Shown here: positions 27,185-37,772 of the stretch, piece by piece
Layout: the number at the start of each line of letters is the position of its first letter
How positions within the stretch are numbered: the first letter of the stretch is position 1
From: Candidatus Parcubacteria bacterium
Lineage (GTDB): Bacteria; Patescibacteriota; Minisyncoccia; UBA6257; 2-01-FULL-56-20
Reading direction: 5' to 3'
Length of the DNA stretch: 64,000 nucleotides
NCBI GenBank assembly: GCA_027355945.1
Contig: DAIEHA010000002.1
Location: 15,071 to 79,070 of the forward strand
Program-made: the position numbers and the translations under genes
The notes under the pieces: model-generated
Database searches by the model: none
Seen by the model: only the letters and a program-made list of their open reading frames with translations
Told to the model about the DNA's origin: nothing

Positions 27185-28699
27185 TCAAAGGAGCTTTGCG
27201 GCGATCTCTGCAAGGATCGAACGTTCGCTCCTTGAGAACGTGATGTGTCCGAAGAGCGGTTGGCCCTTCATCCGTTCCGTCACGTGTGAGAGTCCGTTCG
27301 TCACCGGATCGAGGTAGATGTTGTCGATCTGATCGATGTCGCCCGTGAGGACGATCTTCGACCCCTTGCCGATGCGGGTGATCACCTTCTTGATGTCGGG
27401 AGCCGTGAAGTTCTGCGTCTCATCGACGATCACGAACTTGTGGTGCAGCGACCGTCCTCGCACGAAGTTGATGGGTTGGATCTGGATGCTCGGATTCTTC
27501 CCGTTGATCATCGCTTCGAGATCGTAATTCTTGCGGCGGGTTTCGTCCGAGGGCTTCGTTTCGTATTGTTCAAGCTCCCTTCCGATGGAGAGAAGCTCCA
27601 GCGAGTCGAGGATGGGCTGCGCCCATGGGCCCCATTTCGCCACCATATCCCCCTTGAGGAATCCCAGAGGGGTCCCTATCTCGGAGTTCGCCCGGTACAC
27701 GAGGATCTGTTCATAGATCCCCTTCCCGGTCTTCGGTGTCGTCTGGTTGGTTCCCGCGAGGAGCGCCATCAGTGTTTTGCCTCCGCCGGCGATGCCGGAG
27801 AGGGAGATGATCTGGATCTCCGGGTCCATGAGCAGGGCATATGCGAACGCCTGTTCGATGTTGCGGGGCCTTATCTCCCTACCCTTCTCTTCGGAAGGTT
27901 TCGCTACCGGAGAGAAGTACGGAACGGTTCCGGGGGTCGCTTTCGAAAGGGCGAGGACGTGCTTGCCCTTACCGTCATCGGAACGGAACACGCAGCACTG
28001 GTTCGGAAAAAGTTCGGGGATATCCGCGAAGCGGCGTGCATCCTCTGCCTCAAGACGTCCCGAACCATTGGCTTCGAAAAGCCTCGTTGCGATCTCCCGG
28101 AGTCCTCCGGGATCGTGCGTTACGATCTCTGCGATGCCGGAATAGAGCTTGTCCGGAGTATCGACGAGACGGTCCTTTTTGTAGTCCTCGGCCCTTATCT
28201 TCAGAGCGTCAGCCTTGATCCTCAGGTTGATGTCCTTCGTGACGACCATGACGTCCCCGATCGGGCCGAACCTCGAGTAGAGATTCGCGCCTTTCCGGTT
28301 GTCGTCATTCTTCTTCTGCTTTTTGTTCTCCGTGCGAAGGGATTTCTGGTGCTTCCATCGAAGTGCGACGCCGAGGATGAAATCATCGGCCTTCGTCATA
28401 TCGAGGAGGTTTCCGCTTATACCCTGGGGTATGTAGACCTGCGTGCTTACCAGCAGGAATCCTCCCCCGGGGGTGGGAACGCCTTCGCACAGCGATCCGC
28501 GTTTCTGGAAATCGTCGAGCAGTCGTATCACTTGGCGTGCTGCCGCTGCAGTGCCATTCCCTCCTCTTTCTTTGTGGTGGTCCAGTTCCTGCAGTACGGC
28601 AAAGGGGATATCCACGATATTGTCCTGAAAGGACAATATCGCCTTGGGGTCATGCAAGAGAAGCGATGTGTCGACGATGATCGTTTTTCGAACGTTCAT
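27185..28699 (-). CDS. PhoH2-type protein (N-terminal PIN domain fused to PhoH-like ATPase)
   Basis: IIVDTSLLLHD (PIN Asp) at the N-terminus. GIAGGGKTLMALLAG Walker A in the C-terminal PhoH domain. Confidence 0.88.
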   Translation of the reverse strand: MNVRKTIIVDTSLLLHDPKAILSFQDNIVDIPFAVLQELDHHKERGGNGTAAAARQVIRLLDDFQKRGSLCEGVPTPGGGFLLVSTQVYIPQGISGNLLDMTKADDFILGVALRWKHQKSLRTENKKQKKNDDNRKGANLYSRFGPIGDVMVVTKDINLRIKADALKIRAEDYKKDRLVDTPDKLYSGIAEIVTHDPGGLREIATRLFEANGSGRLEAEDARRFADIPELFPNQCCVFRSDDGKGKHVLALSKATPGTVPYFSPVAKPSEEKGREIRPRNIEQAFAYALLMDPEIQIISLSGIAGGGKTLMALLAGTNQTTPKTGKGIYEQILVYRANSEIGTPLGFLKGDMVAKWGPWAQPILDSLELLSIGRELEQYETKPSDETRRKNYDLEAMINGKNPSIQIQPINFVRGRSLHHKFVIVDETQNFTAPDIKKVITRIGKGSKIVLTGDIDQIDNIYLDPVTNGLSHVTERMKGQPLFGHITFSRSERSILAEIAAKLL

Positions 28700-28965
28700 A
28701 AAGCCCTTTCTGCCCGGGCATCATGCGTGATGTCTGGCGGCGGGTTGGGGTTGATGGTTGTAAAGCTTCCTATCCGCATTCTATAACCTTCCTCGCCCGA
28801 TGCGCAATGCGCTACCAGGAAAAGTTTTCCACATTTTTTCCAGTGTTGCACGGGGCGGGATCGCGATATGGATCCCTCATTCTTTTGTAGACGCCTTGCC
28901 CGCAGTATTCTGCGTCCGGTTTGAGGGTGGGGAAGGGATGAGCGGCGGGTGCGTACCGCCATTCG

Positions 28966-30264
28966 TCATTGTTCCGCGTTATAAAGCGCAAGCACCTCTG
29001 CCGGTGAGAGCGCTCTATTATAAAGACGGATATCCTCTATCGTCCCATCCAGATACATGGAGCTGCCGTTATACATATCCCATCGTCCCAGGTAAAGCGG
29101 ATCCCCGGCTCCCGGATCGGGGATCGCGGAATTGTAATAGTTGCTGCTCGCAAGCTGCCCGTTTATGTAAAGATATGCCGTATCCGAGGCATAAACGCCG
29201 GTGACGAGATACCATGAGTTTGCATTGAATTGCAGCGAACCAAAATCGGCATCGTTCCATCCGTTGTTGTCGTAATACGTCGACCAGCCGAGCGATGCTA
29301 TATAGATGTTGTTGTTGACCATCCCAAGAAAATAATCCGTTCCGGTAGCGACGGTCCCGTTCCTTGAGATGAATGGATAGGCGACCCCCGACGCGGGCAC
29401 GGTCGGTAGATTCGCCCATGCGGATACGGTCCATGGCCCTGGGAGATCGAGCGAGGCTGCATCCGCCACGTTCACATATTGATTCGTGCCATTGAACGAG
29501 AGGGCGTTTCCGAATAATCCGGCGGTCCATCCGGGGCCGTTCACGAGGGTTCCATTGTTCCCGTTCCCCGACTGGTCGAGGGCGGCGGTGCCGGTGCCCT
29601 CGTTGAGCGGCCAGTAGCCTACGAGGCCCTGGGTGTTCCAGAGCGGGGAGATCGTGAGTGCGGACCCTTGCGCTAAGACGCCTGGATATCCGGAGATCAT
29701 AGGATTCGCCTCAAGGGCCGCTTTCTGCTTGTTCGACTCCGGAATGGCGGTCGTCATATAGAAGGATCCCGAAGGGGAATATGTGTAATAGAGGCCGGAG
29801 GAGGAGGCGTTCACGGGGTCCACGGGAAGGGATCCAAAGGGGCTTCCCGAGGAGATTATTTTGAAATCGACGGGGATCCATCCTGTACCATCGGTATTCC
29901 TGAGAGACGTCCCGGAGTCGCATTGATAGGTATATCCCGAAGGAAGTGCAGGAAGGCCGAGGGATGCGCAGGTAGAGGTCTGTGTTCCCGTAAGCGTGGG
30001 ATCGGGGAGGGAGACATAGACGGAGGAGGCGTTGCCAAGAGAGAACGTCGATGCGCCCGATTGATCGGCCTCATAGATGCCAAGGGCAGAATGCAACGTT
30101 GCCGCATCGGACGCCCGGTTCGCATCCCGTGATTGCGCAAGCAATTGGGCGGGATTCAGCACAAGCACCACGACGACCGCGAGGATCGCGATGATCGCGA
30201 TCACGACGAGAAGCTCGATGAGGGTGAAGGCATTCTCCGGCTCATTCCAAGGGATTTCTTTCAT
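28966..30264 (-). CDS. Type IV pilin / pseudopilin-like protein with C-terminal LamG (concanavalin-like) domain
   Basis: The internal start MKEIPWNEPENAFTLIELLVVIAIIAIL is the prepilin cleavage/methylation motif. C-terminal ...DIRLYNRALSPAEVLALY is typical of LamG domain ends. ORF track extends to 30408. Confidence 0.7.
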   Translation of the reverse strand: MKEIPWNEPENAFTLIELLVVIAIIAILAVVVVLVLNPAQLLAQSRDANRASDAATLHSALGIYEADQSGASTFSLGNASSVYVSLPDPTLTGTQTSTCASLGLPALPSGYTYQCDSGTSLRNTDGTGWIPVDFKIISSGSPFGSLPVDPVNASSSGLYYTYSPSGSFYMTTAIPESNKQKAALEANPMISGYPGVLAQGSALTISPLWNTQGLVGYWPLNEGTGTAALDQSGNGNNGTLVNGPGWTAGLFGNALSFNGTNQYVNVADAASLDLPGPWTVSAWANLPTVPASGVAYPFISRNGTVATGTDYFLGMVNNNIYIASLGWSTYYDNNGWNDADFGSLQFNANSWYLVTGVYASDTAYLYINGQLASSNYYNSAIPDPGAGDPLYLGRWDMYNGSSMYLDGTIEDIRLYNRALSPAEVLALYNAEQ

Positions 30265-30363
30265 ACGGTGCGTATAATATATTATATAATTTTTTGATTC
30301 ATATATTCTATACGCATGGCAAAACAGCCCTACGCTCGGGATTTTCCATTGGGGAAAACGATG

Positions 30364-30437
30364 ATTGGTCGGGCCGCCGGGAATCGAACCCGGTCTATCT
30401 GCTCCCAAAGCAGACGTACTACCGGTATACTACGGCC
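30364..30437 (-). tRNA. tRNA-Pro (UGG) with encoded CCA
   Basis: Manual fold: acceptor CGGGCCG/CGGCCCG, anticodon stem TCTGC/GCAGA, loop TTTGGGA (G37), T arm CCGGG-TTCGATT-CCCGG, 3' ACCA. Confidence 0.85.
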
Positions 30438-30553
30438 CGAGATCAAGGGAATCGCCCCGCACGATACGGGGGGCGATGACCGCGACGCGGCCAGACGGCC
30501 GTTCGCATCCCTTTAAATTATCTTACTTTTGGTCTATTATCAATGCGCGATAC

Positions 30554-30626
30554 GCCCCCGTAGCTCAATGGATCAGAGCAGGACTCTTCTAAGGTCTCGA
30601 TGTGGGTTCGATTCCTACCGGGGGTA
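30554..30626 (+). tRNA. tRNA-Arg (UCU)
   Basis: Manual fold: acceptor GCCCCCG/CGGGGGT (G1-U72), D stem GCTC/GAGC with a 9 nt loop, anticodon stem GGACT/GGTCT (two GU pairs), loop CTTCTAA, T arm GTGGG-TTCGATT-CCTAC, discriminator A. Confidence 0.75.
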
Positions 30627-30751
30627 CAACCGAGAAAAAGCATTTCGAGAGAGCGGTATTCCGGTCTCCCGGGTCGCGCCGCCGGGATGCGGCATTTTCC
30701 CCCGGGAAGGATCGGTCGGCGTGCGAGGGGATCGTGCGCGATCCCCGGATA

Positions 30752-31081
30752 TCACTCCGGGTCTTTCCGGAATATGCTGGCCCTCATCTCTTCGAGTCCC
30801 TGCTCCTTCTTCAATGAGCGCTCCTCGTTCTCAAGCTCCTTATATTTCTTTATGGCAGCCGTTTGGAATTTTCCGACCTCCTCATCTTCCTGCGATACGG
30901 CCCCCATTGAGAGCGTTTTCTCCAGGAATCCCATCACGATCCCATCCCTGACCTCCGGAGGGAATTCTTTGATATGGTCCACAAGGAACCGTTCGGCCTC
31001 ACGCTCGTCGTTCTTTTCGAGTATGACGAGAAATTCGCCGATCAATTTTTGGAACGGTGTCTCTGCCGTGAATGGGATCAT
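30752..31081 (-). CDS. Hypothetical acidic protein (second gene of a two-gene operon)
   Basis: The internal start MIPFTAE overlaps the upstream stop in an ATGA arrangement. E/K-rich. Confidence 0.4.
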   Translation of the reverse strand: MIPFTAETPFQKLIGEFLVILEKNDEREAERFLVDHIKEFPPEVRDGIVMGFLEKTLSMGAVSQEDEEVGKFQTAAIKKYKELENEERSLKKEQGLEEMRASIFRKDPE

Positions 31082-32172
31082 GGTTTCAAAATTTCCATGA
31101 AGGCCTGTTTGAGCATCGGGAAAAGGATGGTGGCCCAATGGCCCTTTTTGTCGCCCATCTTCTTCTTCACCTCCTCGTCGTACCATTGCGAGTCGAAATC
31201 CTTTTCATCGAATGACTGGTTGTTCCTTTGAGCCTCTGCGCGCGCTTGGTCAAGCGACGTTCTATATCTCCTTCTCAGGTCGGCCTGCTCCTCGTTCCCA
31301 AACGACCCCCCCAACATGTTCCGTATCTCAGGAAGGGATATATCCTCAGGTTCGCTTTCGTGGGTATTGATGCTCAGATTCTTGGTGAGTTCCGTATGCA
31401 TCATGCTGTTCTTCGAAAGCGTATCGCGAAGCGCGAGTCCCACCATTTTTCTCGCTCCTTCGACGTCCTTGAGCCGGGTCTTCATATCGTCCGCAACATC
31501 CATGAGGTCGTTGGTCGCCTCTTGGATGAAGTCCCCCCGATAAAGCGCCGCACGCTGCCAGATACCCCTGAAACGGGTGCTCCCCGCGATCATCTTCTCG
31601 AGTTTCTTGCGATCGCCGTCCCACATCGCCTTGAAGATCTCCGATTCCGTGAATTTCCCCTCGAGGCCGGCATTTTTTATGACGTTCTTCACCTCTTCGT
31701 TCGACGAGGTGAATTTTTCATACTTCTTTTCGACTTCGGCGAACTCGGACTCCATCTTTTTGAAGGAGGCTTCATCGGTGATGGCAAGTTCGTGGAGCTT
31801 TCTCGCGAATATCCCCTTTACATTGTCCGCGCCAAAACTGTCGACGAGCCTTTTGAATTCGGGCGAGTGTACGAGGACCTTTTCAAGGTCGCCGGATATC
31901 TTTTGATTGAGCTTTTCCGCACGGGTCCCGAGCTTCAGATACTCCTCCCTGCTTTTCATGAGCGCCTCCGTCTCATGCTCTTGGAGCTTTCCTTTGAGCA
32001 TATTCTCCGATACAGCCTTATCCACCCCTTTTTCTTGAAGGTATTTTCCAAAAAGGAGGGATTGTTCCCGATCCCCTCTGATTTCATTGAGGGTCGGTCC
32101 TTGCGGTTCTTCCGGAGCGTTCCTTGCTGCCGTCTCTTCGCTTTTTCTTTCCCATTGCTCGGCGATTCCCAT
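31078..32172 (-). CDS. Hypothetical charged alpha-helical protein
   Basis: 364 aa, E/K/R-rich, coiled-coil-like. No family recognised. Confidence 0.5.
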   Translation of the reverse strand: MGIAEQWERKSEETAARNAPEEPQGPTLNEIRGDREQSLLFGKYLQEKGVDKAVSENMLKGKLQEHETEALMKSREEYLKLGTRAEKLNQKISGDLEKVLVHSPEFKRLVDSFGADNVKGIFARKLHELAITDEASFKKMESEFAEVEKKYEKFTSSNEEVKNVIKNAGLEGKFTESEIFKAMWDGDRKKLEKMIAGSTRFRGIWQRAALYRGDFIQEATNDLMDVADDMKTRLKDVEGARKMVGLALRDTLSKNSMMHTELTKNLSINTHESEPEDISLPEIRNMLGGSFGNEEQADLRRRYRTSLDQARAEAQRNNQSFDEKDFDSQWYDEEVKKKMGDKKGHWATILFPMLKQAFMEILKP

Positions 32173-32239
32173 GTATATATATAATCACAAACATCCCGTT
32201 GATACAACGTGGATAGCGGGGGAACATGACCTCTTTTTG

Positions 32240-32310
32240 TGCCGCGGGGTAGAATCGAACTGCCGTACTCCGCTCTTCAGGCGGATGCTCTACCATTGAG
32301 CTACCGCGGC
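32240..32310 (-). tRNA. tRNA-Phe (GAA)
   Basis: Manual fold: acceptor GCCGCGG/CCGCGGC, D stem GCTC/GAGC, anticodon stem TCCGC/GCGGA, loop CTGAAGA. T arm GGCAG-TTCGATT-CTACC has one C-A mismatch. Discriminator A. Confidence 0.75.
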
Positions 32311-32465
32311 GTGAACAAGGATTAGAATACGGCATTCTTCCTGAAAATGAAAGTATTGACAATATACAATTTATATATTATCATATATGCTTAGTAGCAC
32401 CATTACGTCCGCGGAGACGGAAAACCCGCATATGATGCCGCCGCAAGCGCATCGCGAGGAGGAGT

Positions 32466-32900
32466 ATGCACAATCGGTCGTTTTTCCATTTCATCGCGAT
32501 CGCGATGGTAGCGGTCGTCATGGTTCTTTTTGCGGGATGCTCCCGCAAAAGTGAATGCAATCTTTCCAACCTAAGGATACGCAGCGTGGAGCTCGACGGA
32601 AGCGACAGCGCGTACATTGCCGACGCGTTGAAAGCAGAACTTTATTCTCGAGGTGCACGATACGATCCCTCGGGGGGCGTAGTGAAAGGGATTATTTACT
32701 CTAACGAGAACGGCGTTCCTTACGCCGTATCAATAGAGGTCCAGTCGACGTCGTATGCCGGCACCGCCACAGCAACGGAGCAGCCCGCCGACCCCCCGTT
32801 CCACGGAAAGGCCCCAGACGGATCCGCAGAAAGGAGGATCGCAGTGGTGGCAGCAGTGGATTTGTGCCGCTGTGCGCAAGAGACGGATCGGAAACCTTAG
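32466..32900 (+). CDS. Putative lipoprotein, hypothetical
   Basis: Signal peptide ending in lipobox-like LFAGC. 144 aa. Confidence 0.45.
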   Translation: MHNRSFFHFIAIAMVAVVMVLFAGCSRKSECNLSNLRIRSVELDGSDSAYIADALKAELYSRGARYDPSGGVVKGIIYSNENGVPYAVSIEVQSTSYAGTATATEQPADPPFHGKAPDGSAERRIAVVAAVDLCRCAQETDRKP

Positions 32901-32928
32901 ATAGATAGGTATTTCAAATCGAGGGAGG

Positions 32929-32954
32929 CCGCGAGAGAATCTCGCGGCTTTTTC
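32929..32954 (+). terminator. Rho-independent terminator
   Basis: GCCGCGAG-AGAAT-CTCGCGGC followed by TTTTT. Confidence 0.55.
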
Positions 32955-32990
32955 TATTCATATCACGCCACTCCGAATGCGGGCCAAATG

Positions 32991-33017
32991 AAAAAGCCCC
33001 TTGCGGGGCTTTTTTTA
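32991..33017. terminator. Bidirectional terminator 3' of rpsA
   Basis: AAAAAGCCCC-TTGC-GGGGCTTTTTTT. Confidence 0.6.
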
Positions 33018-34109
33018 TTTCTTCATCTTCAATGTGATGCGCTTCTCCTCGGTCCTTACCTGATCGATGACGAAAGAATAGGTCTGGCCCACTGCGAGCG
33101 CTTTCTTCATCTCTTCCTGTCCTCCGAATTCTGAGATATGCACCATGCCCTGGAGATCGCCTTCAAGCGCGATCACCGCTCCGAATGGATTGAATTTGTA
33201 TACCCGTCCCTGGACTGCGGCGCCGGGCTTTATCTCGGGGGAGAGTTTTGCCCACGGATCCTCCTTGAGGGCTTTGAGGGAAAGGAATACGCGGCCCTCC
33301 TTGATATCGATGATCTTCGCCTTGAGAGGGTCGTTCACTTTCACGAGCTCTTTGGGGTTGTCGATGAGTTTGTAATCGAGCTCCGAGATGTGGATCATGC
33401 CTTCGATCTGAGGATTGTCAGCGAAGCGGACGAAGACGCCGAAATCGGCGACGCCCGAGACGATGCAGTCGACCACCTGGCCGACGGTATACGATGCGAG
33501 AAGCTCCTTCACGTTTGCCGTGAGCGTTTCGCGCTCGGAGACGATCACTTTGTTCGTACGAGGATTCGCGTCGATGATCTTCACGTTGAGTTCCTGGCCC
33601 ACGAACTTCTTGAGCTCCTCCGCGATCTTCGTGCGGTCCCCATCCGGGACTTTGGGATAATGTTCGAGGGAAAGCTGGGATACGGGGAGGAATGCTTTGA
33701 GGTCTTCGATGACCGTCGTCATAAGACCGCCCGCATTCGCTGCCACGATCTTCGCCTTGATGACCTCTCCCGCCTCCACGAGGTCCTTTACCTGTGCCCA
33801 AAGTTTCTGCTTGCCCGCCTCTGCGAGGGAAAGTTCAATGAGACCCTCTTCGCCATCAAGCGCCACGATCTTCGCCTGCACTTTTTCACCGGGATTGAGG
33901 TTTCGGAGCGCTTCGCGCGCGTTCGATACTTCGACGCCATACACGATGCCCGTTCCGAAACGGCCCATATCGAAGTAGGCCTTCCGTGGGAATTTCTTCA
34001 TAAGCTCCACGTCGAGGATCATTCCTTCCTTGGGCCATGCGGCCGAGGAGAGCTCCGTCTTGATCGCCTGCGCGATCGCCGATGCTTTGGGTTCTTCTGT
34101 TTGCGGCAT
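33015..34109 (-). CDS. rpsA: 30S ribosomal protein S1 (short form, four S1 domains)
   Basis: Four repeats of the S1 fold (for example GEVIKAKIVAANAGGLMT, GQELNVKIIDANPRTNKVIVSE, GQVVDCIVSGVADFGVFVRF, GAAVQGRVYKFNPFGAVIAL). The start at MPQTEEP is chosen over the 591 aa ORF extension, which overlaps the MBL gene. Confidence 0.82.
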   Translation of the reverse strand: MPQTEEPKASAIAQAIKTELSSAAWPKEGMILDVELMKKFPRKAYFDMGRFGTGIVYGVEVSNAREALRNLNPGEKVQAKIVALDGEEGLIELSLAEAGKQKLWAQVKDLVEAGEVIKAKIVAANAGGLMTTVIEDLKAFLPVSQLSLEHYPKVPDGDRTKIAEELKKFVGQELNVKIIDANPRTNKVIVSERETLTANVKELLASYTVGQVVDCIVSGVADFGVFVRFADNPQIEGMIHISELDYKLIDNPKELVKVNDPLKAKIIDIKEGRVFLSLKALKEDPWAKLSPEIKPGAAVQGRVYKFNPFGAVIALEGDLQGMVHISEFGGQEEMKKALAVGQTYSFVIDQVRTEEKRITLKMKK

Positions 34110-34251
34110 GAGGATGATTATAGAGGAAATCTTCGTTTTTGCAAGGGCTTCCGCATGTGATGCGTCCCCCGGCATCCTTGTGTGGCTTTTTTCGAAAACA
34201 GGCCGAAAATGGGCTGGAAATCGATGCTCGCTTCTGGTAAAATATACGCAT

Positions 34252-34833
34252 ATGGTGATCACGTATTTCGGCAACGGCTGTTTCCGCCTCCAGAGCGGGG
34301 AGACATCCGTGCTCGTCAATCCTGAGAATTCCCGTTTGAAGGCCGATATAATCCTCAAGACCCTTACTTCGACCGCTTCGGCCGATGCTTCGGCCGATGC
34401 CGATGCCGCCGGGCTCACGATCCCCTTTCCGGGGGAGTATGAGGAGAAGGATATCGAGGTCCTCGGATATTCCATCTCGGCCGAATCGACCGATACATTC
34501 GTCAAAACGGCATATACGGTCCTTTGGGAGGGTATGAAGTTCGTGTTCCTCGGCCATCTTTCCGCCCCCCTCGATGCGAATCTCATGGAAGAGCTTGCCG
34601 AACCGGATGTGCTCATCCTTCCGGTCGGAGGCGGGCATTTCCTCGAGCCCGAGGTTGCGGCGAAGATCGCGAAGCAGCTCGAGGCGCGCATCATCATCCC
34701 CTCGTTCTTCAAGGATGCCGCACCGTTCTTGAAAGCGCTTGGTACGAAGGGGGAGGAGGCCGACAAGTTCGTGTTCAAGCAGAAGGACATTGCCGAGGAT
34801 AAAGGCCGCGCGATCGTGCTGCGCGTCGATTGA
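34252..34833 (+). CDS. MBL-fold metal-dependent hydrolase (UPF0173-like)
   Basis: Start MVITYFGNGCFRLQSGETSVLVNPE is characteristic of the small MBL-fold hydrolase family. ORF track start 34030 overlaps rpsA. Confidence 0.65.
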   Translation: MVITYFGNGCFRLQSGETSVLVNPENSRLKADIILKTLTSTASADASADADAAGLTIPFPGEYEEKDIEVLGYSISAESTDTFVKTAYTVLWEGMKFVFLGHLSAPLDANLMEELAEPDVLILPVGGGHFLEPEVAAKIAKQLEARIIIPSFFKDAAPFLKALGTKGEEADKFVFKQKDIAEDKGRAIVLRVD

Positions 34834-34860
34834 GCGCGTCACGATCCTTCGGATACGGCC

Positions 34861-35256
34861 ATGGAGTGGAACACGACGGACCTGCTCGAAAAGATTCGTT
34901 CCCTCGATGAGACGAGGAAGCGGAACGTGCTCATCGCGACAAGCGCGTTCATCATGATCATCATCGTGTTCGTGTGGATCCAGTATTTCAATGCGATGCT
35001 CATGGTTCCGGCCCGGAATTCTGCGGCCCAAATGGCCGCTGTCGGATCGGGATCCGATGCGGCGGGCGCCACTCCCGCCTTTGTATCTGCGTCTGCATCT
35101 GCATCTGCGACAGCCCCCTCCTCTTCCTCTGTTTCCCCGGCTCCTACGGCTTCCGCCGGCTCCGGCCAGGGCTTCTGGCATGTTCTTGGAAACGATCTTT
35201 CCGGGATCGGACAGATCTTCGCTGGCGGTACGCAATATATACGGCCCTCGCAATGA
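34861..35256 (+). CDS. Hypothetical membrane-anchored Ala/Ser-rich protein
   Basis: 131 aa. One TM (VLIATSAFIMIIIVFVWI), then an A/S low-complexity region. Confidence 0.35.
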   Translation: MEWNTTDLLEKIRSLDETRKRNVLIATSAFIMIIIVFVWIQYFNAMLMVPARNSAAQMAAVGSGSDAAGATPAFVSASASASATAPSSSSVSPAPTASAGSGQGFWHVLGNDLSGIGQIFAGGTQYIRPSQ

Positions 35257-35287
35257 TGCCGTTCTCCATATATAATCAACCAGTATT

Positions 35288-37717
35288 ATGGCCGAAATCG
35301 AACCACGTGAGATAACCTCCGAACTCGGACAGTCGTATCTCGACTACGCAATGTCGGTGATTGTTTCGCGCGCCCTTCCCGATGTGCGCGACGGATTGAA
35401 GCCCGTCCATCGCCGCATCCTTTGGGACATGTGGGATAGCGGTCTTATTGCGAGCGCGAAGTTCCGCAAGTCCGCCAACGTGATCGGACAGGTGCTTGCC
35501 CGATACCATCCCCACGGAGATGCATCGGTATACGATGCCATGGTCCGCATGGCGCAGGATTTCTCCATGCGCTATCCGCTCGTGCATGGGCAGGGAAACT
35601 TCGGATCCATCGACGGCGATTCTCCCGCAGCCTACCGCTATACCGAAGCGAAGCTCGCCAAGATCGCCGAGGAGATGCTCTTCGATATCGAAAAGGAGAC
35701 GGTCGAGTGGATGCCCAACTATGACGCCACCCGCAATGAGCCTAAAACCCTTCCCGCCAAGCTCCCGAACCTTCTTTTGAATGGTACGCTCGGTATCGCT
35801 GTCGGCATGGCGACGAGCATCCCACCCCACAATCTGAGCGAGATCATCGATGCCGTCCTTCATCTTGCGGACAATCCTGATGCGACGAGCGAGGACCTCA
35901 CCGAGTTCATCAAAGGCCCCGATTTCCCTACCGGAGGCATCATCTATGATACGAAAGCGATCCGCGCGGCATACATGTCCGGCAAGGGGGCGATCCTCGC
36001 CCGGGCAAAAGCGGAGATCATCGAGAAGAAGAACAGCCGGCAGTTCGATATCATCGTCACGGAAATCCCGTACCAAGTGAACAAGTCCGAGCTCATCAAG
36101 ACGATCGCCGAGCTCGCGCAGGATAAGAAGATCGAGGGCATCCGCGATCTCCGCGATGAATCCGATCGCGAAGGCCTTCGCATCGTGATCGAGCTCAAGA
36201 ACGACGTGGCGCCCCAGAAGGTGCTCAATTGGCTCTACAAGCACACCGATCTCGAGAAGAATTTCAATATGAACATGATCGCGCTGGTATCCGAGAACGG
36301 GGGCCTTGTCCCGCGGCTTCTTGCGCTGAAGGATATCCTGAGCGAATATCTCGCCTATCGCAAAGAGGTCATCAAGCGGCGCACGCAGTTCGATCTGCGC
36401 AAGGCGGAAGAGCGCGCGCATATCCTCGAAGGGTTGATGATCGCACTCGATGCGATCGACCGCGTGATCGCGACGATCCGGAAATCAAAGGACCGGGACG
36501 AGGCGCACAGCCAGCTCATGAAGCTTTTCAAATTGAGCGACGTACAGGCTACCGCGATCCTTGAGATGCGCCTCCAATCGCTTGCCGCGCTCGAACGCCT
36601 CAGGATCGAGACGGAACTCAAGGAGAAAAGGGCCCTCATCGAGGACCTCAAGGCCATTCTGAAGAGCTCTGCGAGGATCATGCAGATCATCAAGGATGAG
36701 GTGGGAGCGATCCGTGCCAAATACGGCGACGAGCGGCGCACGCGCGTCGTGTCCCGCGCGCCGGAAGCGGTCTCCGACGAGGATCTCGTGCCGGAAGAGG
36801 AGGCGATGGTGACGGTCTCCGCGGGGGGGTATATCAAGCGTCTCCCGCCCGATACGTTCAAGGTCCAGCGCCGTGGGGGCAAAGGCCTCATCGGTTCGGA
36901 TGTCGCGGATGAGGATTTCCTCTCTCACTTCTTCAGTGCGAACACCCACGATAACGTTCTTTTCTTCACGGATAAGGGGCGCGTGTTCCAGACGAAGATC
37001 TACGAGATCCCTCAGGCAACGCGTACATCCAAAGGGAGGGCGATCCAGAACTTCCTCGAACTTCCCTCCGACGAGCACGTGAATGCGATCGTCAATTATT
37101 CCTCGAAGAAGGAACCGAAGAAATATCTCATGATGGTGACGAAGCACGGGATCATCAAAAAGACGCCTCTCGCGGATTTCGAGAACATCCGCCGCAATGG
37201 CATCATCGCAATGAAGCTGAAAAAGGGCGATCAGCTCAAGTGGGCGAAACTCACCACGGGGTCCGATCAGGTCGTTCTCGCCACCCGACAGGGCCAGTCG
37301 ATCAGGTTCGATGAGAAGCAGGCCCGTCCCATGGGGCGCACCGCTGCCGGGGTCCGGGCCATCAAACTGAAGAAGCAGAACGACGAGGTCGCGGGATTTG
37401 ATATAATCAAAGGAGACGATGCAGTGCTCCTTATCGTCATGGAACACGGTTTCGCAAAACAGACCTCCCTCAAGGAATATAAGAAGCAGGCCCGAGGAGG
37501 TTCCGGCATCAAGACCGCAGAGGTCACTCCGAAGACCGGACTCGTCATTTCCGCGCATATCGTCTCCGGTGAAAAGGAGATATTCGCCCTTTCCGCCAAG
37601 GGACAGATGATCCGTACGGAGCTTGCGACCGTTCGCAAGACCGGTCGTTCCGCCCAGGGCGTCCGGATCATGAACCTCAACTCCGGCGATCGCCTTGCGG
37701 GCACGGTCATAGTCTGA
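35288..37717 (+). CDS. gyrA: DNA gyrase subunit A
   Basis: [10 protein letters not shown], the active-site Tyr region AAMRYTEAKL, YHPHGD, and the GyrA box QRRGGKG in the C-terminal domain. Confidence 0.95.
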   Translation: MAEIEPREITSELGQSYLDYAMSVIVSRALPDVRDGLKPVHRRILWDMWDSGLIASAKFRKSANVIGQVLARYHPHGDASVYDAMVRMAQDFSMRYPLVHGQGNFGSIDGDSPAAYRYTEAKLAKIAEEMLFDIEKETVEWMPNYDATRNEPKTLPAKLPNLLLNGTLGIAVGMATSIPPHNLSEIIDAVLHLADNPDATSEDLTEFIKGPDFPTGGIIYDTKAIRAAYMSGKGAILARAKAEIIEKKNSRQFDIIVTEIPYQVNKSELIKTIAELAQDKKIEGIRDLRDESDREGLRIVIELKNDVAPQKVLNWLYKHTDLEKNFNMNMIALVSENGGLVPRLLALKDILSEYLAYRKEVIKRRTQFDLRKAEERAHILEGLMIALDAIDRVIATIRKSKDRDEAHSQLMKLFKLSDVQATAILEMRLQSLAALERLRIETELKEKRALIEDLKAILKSSARIMQIIKDEVGAIRAKYGDERRTRVVSRAPEAVSDEDLVPEEEAMVTVSAGGYIKRLPPDTFKVQRRGGKGLIGSDVADEDFLSHFFSANTHDNVLFFTDKGRVFQTKIYEIPQATRTSKGRAIQNFLELPSDEHVNAIVNYSSKKEPKKYLMMVTKHGIIKKTPLADFENIRRNGIIAMKLKKGDQLKWAKLTTGSDQVVLATRQGQSIRFDEKQARPMGRTAAGVRAIKLKKQNDEVAGFDIIKGDDAVLLIVMEHGFAKQTSLKEYKKQARGGSGIKTAEVTPKTGLVISAHIVSGEKEIFALSAKGQMIRTELATVRKTGRSAQGVRIMNLNSGDRLAGTVIV

Positions 37718-37772
37718 TCCCTTCCCTCGGAATCCCGCGGAAGGGAATCGCCCGCACTTCTCTCCCTTCCCC

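Noticed and set aside
27440-28786. 448 aa plus-strand ORF inside the PhoH2 gene
   Set aside because: Antisense to the PIN-PhoH reading frame.
33138-34160. 340 aa plus-strand ORF antisense to rpsA, and the 226 aa N-terminal extension of the rpsA ORF itself
   Set aside because: The S1 domains start at 34109. The extension overlaps the convergent MBL hydrolase gene and has no S1 similarity.
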